From Acidobacteriota bacterium (lineage in GTDB: Bacteria; Acidobacteriota; Polarisedimenticolia; Gp22-AA2), in the NCBI GenBank assembly GCA_003223135.1, contig QHXX01000032.1, forward strand, positions 21,031 through 85,030: a stretch of 64,000 nt of DNA. The letters run 5' to 3'. Every line of letters begins with the position of its first letter. The stretch's first letter is position 1. The position numbers were made by a program, and so were the translations under genes. The notes under the pieces are model-generated. The model did not search any database. It worked only from the letters and a program-made list of their open reading frames with translations, and had not been told where the DNA came from. Shown in pieces: positions 56,648 through 64,000 of this stretch.

Positions 56648-57462
56648 CAGCCGTTCCTGACGATGACGTCGATGGCGGCGACCTGTCGCAGAAGCCGGTC
56701 GAGCGCGTCCAGAGGCAGGGAGTTCGGCCCGTCGCTCTTCGCCGCCTTCGGATCGTCGTGTACCTCGCAGAACAGCGCGTCGATCCCGACCGCGGAGGCC
56801 GCACGGGCGAGAACCGGAATGAACTCCGCGTCGCCCCCGCTCCTGTCTCCGAGCCCACCGGGGTGCTGCACGGAGTGGGTCGCATCCATGATCACCGGGT
56901 ATCCGAAGCCGCGCATCACCGCGAGCGATCGAAAGTCCACCACGAGATTCTGGTAGCCGAAGGTTGTGCCGCGCTCGGTGACCATGACCTTTTCGTTTCC
57001 CGCCGAACGCACCTTGTCGATGGCATGGCGCATCTCCCAGGGCGACAGGAACTGTCCTTTCTTGATGTTGACCGGCTGTCCGGTGCGGCCGGCGGCCACG
57101 AGCAGGTCGGTCTGCCGGCAGAGGAACGCAGGGATCTGAATCACATCCAGGACGCCGGCGGCCTCCTCCGCCTGGCCGGGCTCGTGGATGTCCGCGAGCA
57201 CAGGGACACCCACCTCCGACTTGACCGCCTTCAGGATCCGCAGCCCCTCCCTGAGACCGGGACCGCGGAACGACTCCATCGAGCTGCGGTTGGCCTTGTC
57301 GAATGAGGACTTGAAGACATAAGGAATGCCGCGCTCCCGGGCGATCTTCGAAAGCGCGCGCGCCATGCGCAGGGCGTGCGTCTCGCTTTCGATCACGCAC
57401 GGGCCGGCGATGAGCGCCAGGGGCGCACCGTCGCCGATCGCGAGCTCGGGGCTGATCTCCAC
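56647..57462 (-). CDS. kdsA: 3-deoxy-8-phosphooctulonate synthase KdsA
   Basis: LALIAGPCVIESE, KSSFDKANRSS and VPVLADIH motifs. Start is taken at GTG (VEISPEL); the upstream alternative GTG at 57522 would overlap pyrG. Confidence 0.85.
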   Translation of the reverse strand: MEISPELAIGDGAPLALIAGPCVIESETHALRMARALSKIARERGIPYVFKSSFDKANRSSMESFRGPGLREGLRILKAVKSEVGVPVLADIHEPGQAEEAAGVLDVIQIPAFLCRQTDLLVAAGRTGQPVNIKKGQFLSPWEMRHAIDKVRSAGNEKVMVTERGTTFGYQNLVVDFRSLAVMRGFGYPVIMDATHSVQHPGGLGDRSGGDAEFIPVLARAASAVGIDALFCEVHDDPKAAKSDGPNSLPLDALDRLLRQVAAIDVIVRNG

Positions 57463-57487
57463 TCGCCGGGTCCGCCCGGCGCCCGGG

Positions 57488-59107
57488 TCAGCGCTGGGTC
57501 TGCCGGAATTGTTTGCAGGCACCGACGAAGCTCCTGAACAGGGGGTGGGGGAGCATCGGCTTCGACTTGAACTCGGGATGGAACTGGCAGGACAGGAAAT
57601 ACGGATGATCCGGGATCTCCATGATCTCCACGAACCGGCGGTCGGGCGTTTCGCCGCTGACCCGCAGCCCTTTCTTCACCATGGCGTCGAGATACTCCCG
57701 GTTCACCTCGTAGCGGTGACGGTGACGCTCGCTGATCTCCGACTTGCCGTAGGCGTTCTGGGCCTTCGAGCCCGGCTGCAGGACGCAGGGCCACTTGCCG
57801 AGGCGCATGTTGCCACCCATGCGCTCCACCCCCTCGAGCTCGCGCAACTTGTAGATCACCGGGTGCGGCGTTCCCGGGTTGAACTCGGCTGAATCGGCGT
57901 CCTTCAGGCCGCAGACGTTGCGGGCGAATTCGATCACGGCGCATTGCAGCCCCAGGCAGATGCCGAAGAAGGGGATCTTGCGCTCGCGCGCGTGCCTGAT
58001 CGCCTCGAGCATCCCGGCCACGCCTCGGATCCCGAATCCGCCGGGCACCAGGATCCCGTGGCACGGGGCGATCGCCTCCCCCAACTGACCATCGCTGAGA
58101 TTGTCGGCCTCGATCCAGCGCAACTTGACCCGCACGTCGATGGCGATGCCTCCGTGGCACAAAGCCTCGTTCAGGCTCTTGTAGGAGTCCTCGTAGGTGA
58201 CGTACTTCCCGACGATCCCGATCGCCACGTCCCCGGCCGCGGGGGTCTTGATCTTTTCGACCATGCGCACCCAGTCGTCCATGTTCTTGTCGCGGTACGG
58301 CAGGTCGAGGAGCTTGAGCAGGATGGCGTCCAGACCCTCCCGCGCGAGGACCAGAGGGACCTCGTAGATCGTCTCCACGTCCTTGGCGGTGATGACCGCG
58401 TCCTCGGGCACGTTGCAGAAGAGGGCGATCTTCTTCTTGATCTCCTTCGGAATAAACCGGTCGGTCCGGCACATGAGCACATCGGGCTGGATGCCGATCG
58501 CCCGAAGGTCGCGCACCGAGTGCTGCGTCGGCTTCGTCTTCAGCTCCCCGGACGCCCCGATGTAGGGCACCAGCGTGAGGTGGACGAAGACGGCGTCGAT
58601 GCGGCCGACCTCCAGTCGGAACTGGCGGATGGCCTCCAGGAACGGCAGCGATTCGATGTCGCCGACCGTCCCCCCGATCTCCACGATCTGGATATCCGCG
58701 CCCTTCGAGATCTTGCGGATGCTTTGCTTGATCTCGTCCGTCACGTGCGGAATGACCTGCACGGTGCCGCCCAGGTAGTCGCCGCGCCGCTCCTTGGCGA
58801 TCACCTGCTCGTAAATCCTGCCGCTCGTGAAGTTGTGGTCGCGCGTGCTCACGGAGGAAGTGAATCGCTCGTAGTGCCCCAGGTCGAGGTCGGTCTCCAC
58901 GCCGTCCTCGGTCACGTACACCTCGCCGTGCTGGAAGGGGCTCATGGTGCCGGGATCGACGTTGAGGTAAGGATCGAGCTTCTGCAGCGTCACGCTGAAG
59001 CCGCGGGCCTCCATGAGGCGGCCGATCGAGGCGGCCGCCAGACCCTTCCCCAGCGAGGACACCACACCGCCTGTGATGAAAATGTACTTGGTCGGCACGT
59101 TCAGCAC
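57488..59107 (-). CDS. pyrG: CTP synthase
   Basis: 539 aa with a canonical PyrG synthetase domain and a glutamine amidotransferase domain (GICLGLQ). Confidence 0.95.
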   Translation of the reverse strand: MLNVPTKYIFITGGVVSSLGKGLAAASIGRLMEARGFSVTLQKLDPYLNVDPGTMSPFQHGEVYVTEDGVETDLDLGHYERFTSSVSTRDHNFTSGRIYEQVIAKERRGDYLGGTVQVIPHVTDEIKQSIRKISKGADIQIVEIGGTVGDIESLPFLEAIRQFRLEVGRIDAVFVHLTLVPYIGASGELKTKPTQHSVRDLRAIGIQPDVLMCRTDRFIPKEIKKKIALFCNVPEDAVITAKDVETIYEVPLVLAREGLDAILLKLLDLPYRDKNMDDWVRMVEKIKTPAAGDVAIGIVGKYVTYEDSYKSLNEALCHGGIAIDVRVKLRWIEADNLSDGQLGEAIAPCHGILVPGGFGIRGVAGMLEAIRHARERKIPFFGICLGLQCAVIEFARNVCGLKDADSAEFNPGTPHPVIYKLRELEGVERMGGNMRLGKWPCVLQPGSKAQNAYGKSEISERHRHRYEVNREYLDAMVKKGLRVSGETPDRRFVEIMEIPDHPYFLSCQFHPEFKSKPMLPHPLFRSFVGACKQFRQTQR

Positions 59108-59108
59108 C

Positions 59109-59900
59109 TCATGAGGACGTCCGAAGCGCCTGCTCCACCGCGCGGACGTCGTCGGGGGTGTCGACCCCGTGATAGCGTCCGCGCGCCCTCAGGACCTTGA
59201 TCGTGCGGCCCCGCTCGAGCGTGCGGAGCTGCTCCAGCCCTTCGAGCTCTTCCAAAACGCCGGGACTCCAGGAGGCGAACTCGAGCAGGAACCCGCGCCG
59301 GTACGCGTACAGGCCGACGTGCCGCAGCCACGGGCGCGATCGCTCCGCGACCGCGGCGTCGGGCAGATCCGCGACGTCCGCCGGCGCCCGACCCGCCCGT
59401 CCCTCCCGGGCCAGGACGTACGGAATCGGGCTCCGCGAGAAATACAGCGCTCTCCCGGAGGCGTCGCAGACGACCTTGACGACGTTTGAATCGCGCGCCT
59501 CCTCCGCGTCGAGAAGCGGGTCCGCGAGCGTCGCCATGTCCGACGACGGATCCGAGTCGAGGCACTCGACCAGCCCGTCGATGTCCCGTGGATCAAGGAG
59601 CGGTTCGTCGCCCTGTATGTTGACGAACACGTCCGCGGAGAGAGAGCGCGCCACTTCCGCCAGGCGGTCCGTGCCCGAGGCGTGCGTCGGAGACGTCATC
59701 GCGACCTCGCCGCCGAACGCGCGCACCGCGGAGGCGATGCGCTCGTCGTCCGTCGCCACCAGGAGCCGCGCGATCCGACCCGCGGAGCGCGCGCGCTCGA
59801 ACACGCGCTCGACGAGGGTCCGGCCGTCGATGAGTGCGAGGGGTTTTCCGGGAAACCGGGACGACTGGTAGCGGGCCGGGATGACACCGACAGCGTGCAT
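59109..59900 (-). CDS. kdsB: 3-deoxy-manno-octulosonate cytidylyltransferase KdsB
   Basis: Start [25 protein letters not shown] and NIQGDEPL motifs. Confidence 0.85.
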   Translation of the reverse strand: MHAVGVIPARYQSSRFPGKPLALIDGRTLVERVFERARSAGRIARLLVATDDERIASAVRAFGGEVAMTSPTHASGTDRLAEVARSLSADVFVNIQGDEPLLDPRDIDGLVECLDSDPSSDMATLADPLLDAEEARDSNVVKVVCDASGRALYFSRSPIPYVLAREGRAGRAPADVADLPDAAVAERSRPWLRHVGLYAYRRGFLLEFASWSPGVLEELEGLEQLRTLERGRTIKVLRARGRYHGVDTPDDVRAVEQALRTSS

Positions 59901-60128
59901 GGCTGCCTGGGGCGTCGGTTGCCGCATCGAAGAATGTTAGCGCACGCCGCTCGGGCAAGTCAAAGGAATTTCCCGGCGCGCGCAGGCGTGCCGCGCGGGC
60001 GGAACGGCGCGCGGGCGCGCGAAATCTCTGGACAGCGCGACGCGCGATGCTAATATTATGCGACGCGCGGTTGATCGCCGCGACGTGCTTCGCGGGCCAC
60101 GGCTCACTCGCCGGCAGGAGGGCCTCGA

Positions 60129-60593
60129 ATGGCAGGAGAGGTCGAGAAAAACCTGGAAGCAGCGGGATACCGGCTCCCGGAGGTCGGAAAGCCTCTCGGG
60201 ACGTACGTTCAGAGCGTGAGATGCAGCAACTTCCTCTACATCTCGGGCAAACTGCCCAAGGAGAACGGACGCCTCAAGTACCCCGGGAAGATCGGGCGCG
60301 AGGTGACCGTCGAGGAGGGGAAGGACGCGGCTCGCCTCGCCGCCCTCAGCGTTCTCGCGACCGCCAAGCAGGCCGTCGAGGATCTGGATCGGGTGAAGAG
60401 GATCGTCGAGGTCACCGGTTACGTCGCCGTGGCGCCGGGTTTCCTGGACGCGTTCGAGGTGCTCGAGGGCGCCTCCGAAGTCTTCGTGAAGGTGTACGGC
60501 GAGCGCGGCAGGCACGCGCGGCTCGGGGTCGGAGTGGCCGAGCTGCCGTCCAACGCCTGCCTGCAGCTGCAGGCGATTCTTGAAGTCGAGTAG
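60129..60593 (+). CDS. Rid (YjgF/RutC/L-PSP) family protein
   Basis: 154 aa with a chorismate-mutase-like fold signature. ATG is preceded by AGGAGGG. Confidence 0.65.
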   Translation: MAGEVEKNLEAAGYRLPEVGKPLGTYVQSVRCSNFLYISGKLPKENGRLKYPGKIGREVTVEEGKDAARLAALSVLATAKQAVEDLDRVKRIVEVTGYVAVAPGFLDAFEVLEGASEVFVKVYGERGRHARLGVGVAELPSNACLQLQAILEVE

Positions 60594-60599
60594 CGCCGC

Positions 60600-60971
60600 G
60601 TGAACCTCCCCTTCAAGCAGCACGTCCTGATCTGCACCGGCCCGCGCTGCGGAGGGGAGCGCCACTCCGAGCGCATCCGCCAGGAGTTCCGCAGGCAGTT
60701 CGTCCGCCAGTCGCTGCCGACCTCCGTCAAGGACACGCCGTGCATCTGCTTTGGTCTGTGCAGCTTTGGCCCGAATGTGATCATCTACCCGGATGGCGTC
60801 GTGTACAGCGGCGTCAAGCCGCAGGACGTGGCCGAAATCGTGCGCGAACACCTGCTGCGCGGTCGAGTCGTCGAGCGCCTGTTGCTCAGGAAGACCGCGA
60901 CAGCGCCGGCCGATTCCCCTGACGGTCAGGACCCCGAAGACGGTCCGGTCCCGGACGACACCCGCACCTGA
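60600..60971 (+). CDS. thioredoxin-like [2Fe-2S] ferredoxin
   Basis: CTGPRC...C...CxxxC cysteine pattern (VLICTGPRCGGERH...PCICFGLCSFGPNV). Confidence 0.6.
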   Translation: MNLPFKQHVLICTGPRCGGERHSERIRQEFRRQFVRQSLPTSVKDTPCICFGLCSFGPNVIIYPDGVVYSGVKPQDVAEIVREHLLRGRVVERLLLRKTATAPADSPDGQDPEDGPVPDDTRT

Positions 60972-61047
60972 GAATCCCCGGCCTCCCGGGATCGGGACTG
61001 CCGCCCGGGGGGGCCCGACGCGACCCTGGCGGGACTATAATCACCGC

Positions 61048-62073
61048 ATGAACGTAACTCGGGGGGAAGACGACAGGCCGGGCCTTCTCGTCGATCGATT
61101 CGGCCGGGTCGTGCGCAGTCTGCGTCTCTCCGTGACCGACCGCTGCAACCTGCGCTGCCAGTACTGCATGCCCGAAGGTGAGATCCCCTGGTTTCCGAAG
61201 GAACGAATTCTGACTTTTGAGGAGATCGAGCGCGTCGCAAGGCACCTGGCCTTGCTGGGCGTGGCGGAGATCCGGCTCACCGGGGGAGAACCGCTCCTGC
61301 GCAGGGACCTTCCGGTCCTGGTGCGGCTGCTGTCGCGCATCGAGGGGATCGAGGATCTGGCGGTGACCACGAACGGCCTGCTGCTCGAGGAAATGGCCGG
61401 GCCGCTCCTCAGGGCCGGAGTGCGTCGGTTCAACGTGCACATCGATTCTCTCGATCCGGCCAGCTTCGCCGCCCTCAGCCGGCGGAATGGCCTCCCACGC
61501 GTGCTCGCAGGCCTCAGCGAGCTGGAGCGGCTCGGCGCCATCCCCGTCAAGATCAACGTGGTCCTGGTGCGCGGCGTCAACGACGACCAGATAGAGCGCT
61601 TCGTCGACCTGGCGTTGCGCCGACCCTACCAGGTCCGCTTCATCGAGCTGATGCCGCTGGGAGGCGGGGAGCCGTTCGAGATGGACAGGCTGGTGCCGGG
61701 CCGCGAGGTGAAGCGACGGATCGAGTCGATGAAGCCGCTCCTGCCGATCGGCCGCGACCGGCCCTCGGCCCCGGCCAACGTCTACCGGCTGGCGGACGGT
61801 CTCGGCGATATCGGCTTCATCAATCCGGTGACCGAGCCGTTCTGCGGCGACTGCGATCGGATCCGGCTGACCGCCGACGGCAAGATCCGCAACTGCCTGT
61901 TCGCGCGCGCCGAGACCGACATCGCCGCCCTGCTGCGCGACGGCAGTCCGGACGAGAGCATCAGCGCCGCGCTGCGGGCCGCCGTCGCCGCCAAGGGTGC
62001 GGGAGGGTGCCTGGATCTGCACCAGTTCTACCGCGACCGGCTGCCACGCAAGATGTGGCAGATCGGCGGTTAG
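61048..62073 (+). CDS. moaA: GTP 3',8-cyclase MoaA
   Basis: Start MNVTRGED. CNLRCQYC radical SAM motif and C-terminal CGDCDRIRLTADGKIRNCLF. Confidence 0.9.
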   Translation: MNVTRGEDDRPGLLVDRFGRVVRSLRLSVTDRCNLRCQYCMPEGEIPWFPKERILTFEEIERVARHLALLGVAEIRLTGGEPLLRRDLPVLVRLLSRIEGIEDLAVTTNGLLLEEMAGPLLRAGVRRFNVHIDSLDPASFAALSRRNGLPRVLAGLSELERLGAIPVKINVVLVRGVNDDQIERFVDLALRRPYQVRFIELMPLGGGEPFEMDRLVPGREVKRRIESMKPLLPIGRDRPSAPANVYRLADGLGDIGFINPVTEPFCGDCDRIRLTADGKIRNCLFARAETDIAALLRDGSPDESISAALRAAVAAKGAGGCLDLHQFYRDRLPRKMWQIGG

Positions 62074-62142
62074 GTCTGTAGGGACTTCTCCGGCGGTGTC
62101 GAGCCCCTTCGCGCCGCGCCGAAACCGCCCCCACTTTCCGCT

Positions 62143-62964
62143 GTGCTATGCTTCCACGCTCCGGAGGGAAGGGTGTCGGCGGGGATCGCGATCGGTTTTT
62201 TCACCAGCGCCGCGGCGGGGATCCTGGGGGCGCTGCTGCTCGCCCCTTTCCGGGAGCTGGGGCGATTTTTCTTCGTCCTCAACGCCGGGCTGGCCTTCCT
62301 CTTGCTGTGTCTGGCGGCGCCTTTCCGGGTGTCCTCGCCGTCCGCCGCTCCCGCCGGCCGAATTCTCGCGGCGGTTGCCATGGCGCTTTTGATCGGCTAT
62401 GTCTCGGCGCTCCTGCTGCTGCGCCGGGGACGATCCTGGACGGGTCTTCTGGTCCCGGCCGCGGCCGCGGCACTTCTCGCCACGGCAGAGGACGGCTGGG
62501 CGGCGGCGGGGGAGCGCGGACCGAAGTGGATGTTCAGCGTCGCGGCCCTGTGCGCCGCGGCTCTGCTCGGGTCGGTCACGGTCGGCATGCTCCTGGGTCA
62601 CTGGTACCTCGTGAGGACCCGGCTGGACGTGTCCCACCTGGAGACCTTTGCTCGTTTTTTCGCCATCTCCCTCGTCGCCAGGGCCGCGTTCTTCGTGGCC
62701 GGCCTCCTCTGGACCGGCGCACGTTCGCCCCTGGGGCTCGGGCTCTTCCTGTCGGAGATCGCGATCGATCGGGGGGTGTTCTTCTGGCAACGCGTGTTCT
62801 TCGGGTTCCTGGGCCCCGCGGCGTTCGCTTACATGGTGCACGAGACGGCGCGCATCCGCTCCACCCAGTCGGCGACCGGCATCCTCTATCTCGGGGTGAT
62901 CTTCGTGGTCTACGGAGAATTCCTGGCCCGTTACCTGGCTCTCGCCGGAGCGGGGCCGATGTGA
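62143..62964 (+). CDS. hypothetical polytopic membrane protein
   Basis: Third-position GC of about 80% in this frame, against about 55% in the overlapping 62148 frame. 7-8 TM helices. GTG at 62176 after GGAGGGAAGG is an alternative start. Confidence 0.45.
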   Translation: MLCFHAPEGRVSAGIAIGFFTSAAAGILGALLLAPFRELGRFFFVLNAGLAFLLLCLAAPFRVSSPSAAPAGRILAAVAMALLIGYVSALLLLRRGRSWTGLLVPAAAAALLATAEDGWAAAGERGPKWMFSVAALCAAALLGSVTVGMLLGHWYLVRTRLDVSHLETFARFFAISLVARAAFFVAGLLWTGARSPLGLGLFLSEIAIDRGVFFWQRVFFGFLGPAAFAYMVHETARIRSTQSATGILYLGVIFVVYGEFLARYLALAGAGPM

Positions 62965-62996
62965 GCAGCGGGAGGCGCGCCGCAAGGGGGTTGAGC

Positions 62997-63422
62997 GTGG
63001 CGTTCCTTTGCGATCGCTGCGGCCGGGAGGCCGTGCAGGCGCTCGGGTCGGACGCGCGCCCGGCGACCTGTCCGGGATGCGGGCTGAGGTTCGAGGCGCC
63101 CGCGGGCGGGGCCCTGCCCGCGTCGCGGCTCCTGTCGCGATGTCTTCGCTGCGGCCTGGATCGGCTCTACGTCCAGAAGGATTTCAACAAGAAGGCCGGG
63201 CTGTGGGTGTTCATCGTGGCGGCGCTCCTGAGCGTCCCCACCTGGGGACTGAGCCTCCTGGCGGCGACGATCATCGATCTGATCCTTTATTTCGCGCTGG
63301 GAGACGCGACGCTGTGCTACGGCTGCGGTGCTTTGCACCGCGGCTTCCGGAAGAACCCGGACCACGGAGACTTCGACATCCACATCCAGGAGTCGGTGGA
63401 CCGCCGCGTGCGGACGGCCTGA
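62997..63422 (+). CDS. membrane protein with two zinc-ribbon pairs (4x CxxC)
   Basis: GTG after AAGGGGG. The four CxxC motifs are CDRC, CPGC, CLRC and CYGC, flanking two TM helices. Confidence 0.5.
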   Translation: MAFLCDRCGREAVQALGSDARPATCPGCGLRFEAPAGGALPASRLLSRCLRCGLDRLYVQKDFNKKAGLWVFIVAALLSVPTWGLSLLAATIIDLILYFALGDATLCYGCGALHRGFRKNPDHGDFDIHIQESVDRRVRTA

Positions 63423-63430
63423 GAAGACGA

Positions 63431-64000
63431 TGACGCTCACGACGAAGGAGACGCAGGTCGAGGGCGCGGGCCCCGCCGGCGAGGCGGGAGACAGGAGCGA
63501 CTGGAAGGTCGTCCTGCAGTTCTTCATCGTGCCCCTGGCGCTGGTGGCGGTCCTGGTCACGGTCTTCTTCGGGCTTCAGGTCCTGCGCTCGCGCCATCCT
63601 GATCCCCGGACGACGCTCGACGACCTGGAGTCCAAAGGAGGGTTTCTCCTGCCGTGGGTGGGCGACCCGAAGCGCTGGCAGTCGGGCTACGACCTGTCGC
63701 TCCTGCTGCGCTCCGGCGACGGGGTGTCGACCGCCGCGATCCTGCCGGAGATGATGCGCGCCTTCCATGACGCCCGCCACCCGGGAGACCCGAAGCTGCG
63801 GCGTTACCTGGCGCTGGCGCTCGGGCGCACGGGCGACGCGCGGGCCGGAACCGTTCTCGCGGAGGGGCTCGAAGACGGCGACGGCGAGACGCGGCTCAAC
63901 TGCGCGTGGGGGTTGATGCAGATCGGCGGCGCGCCGGCCCTTGGCGTGTTGCGGCAGGCGGTCACATCCCACGTCGATGCGGGAGTCCGGAAGATGGCCA
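63431..64000 (+). CDS. HEAT-repeat (PBS-lyase-like) protein with N-terminal TM anchor (partial, continues beyond window)
   Basis: MTLTTKETQVEGAG...VVLQFFIVPLALVAVLVTVFFGL, then HEAT-like repeats (PKLRRYLALALGRTGDARA, GETRLNCAWGLMQIGGAPA). The ORF is open to the window end. Confidence 0.5.

Noticed and set aside
60972-61047. Molybdenum-cofactor riboswitch upstream of moaA
   Set aside because: The intergenic region is only about 75 nt and GC-hairpin dominated. It is too short for a Moco riboswitch and lacks its conserved motifs.

Overview
This is a high-GC (about 68-70%) chromosomal segment from a Gram-negative bacterium (it carries LptD, LolA-like, TatC and Kdo/heptose LPS genes). I found no tRNA/rRNA genes, CRISPR arrays or mobile elements in the window; tRNAs were not searched exhaustively. 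Gene content is mostly housekeeping and envelope biogenesis: ispH (partial), fdhD, smpB, rsmI, nadE, efp, glyA, polA, groES-groEL with a CIRCE operator, grpE, htpX, hsp20, ctpA, tatC, and a kdsB-pyrG-kdsA-kdsD-kdsC-lapA operon. Further envelope genes are two GT9 heptosyltransferases, a Kdo/LPS kinase, the hldE kinase domain, lptD, rmlD and moaA. Signalling content includes a GAF-GGDEF cyclase next to a degenerate-GGDEF/EAL gene, an HD-GYP response regulator, and an ECF sigma with a ZAS anti-sigma. A sigma54 (NtrC-family) activator lies divergently to a small gene that carries a textbook -24/-12 promoter. The clearest sequence-level signal is a set of structural lesions in otherwise conserved genes. 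These are a perfect in-frame 264-bp tandem duplication in a FAH-family hydrolase gene, and roughly 55-70-codon out-of-frame internal deletions in groEL, thiG and the EAL gene. There are also single-nucleotide-type frameshifts in lptD and an NPP phosphodiesterase, and an hldE-like gene with no canonical start for its conserved N-terminus. Together these suggest either assembly/sequencing artefacts (for example a metagenome-assembled contig) or genuine gene decay. Candidate system-level items are a phytol-kinase/DUF92 (VTE5/VTE6-type) fusion next to a UbiA prenyltransferase-NPP operon, a B12-radical-SAM(TPR)/nitrilase operon divergent from a Memo-like gene, a translationally coupled DUF1611/dipeptide-epimerase (DgcN/DgcA-like) pair, and an XRE-HTH/TPR regulator coupled to a secreted poly-Gly-tailed protein. 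Coordinates of short motifs read directly from the sequence may be off by 1-2 nt.
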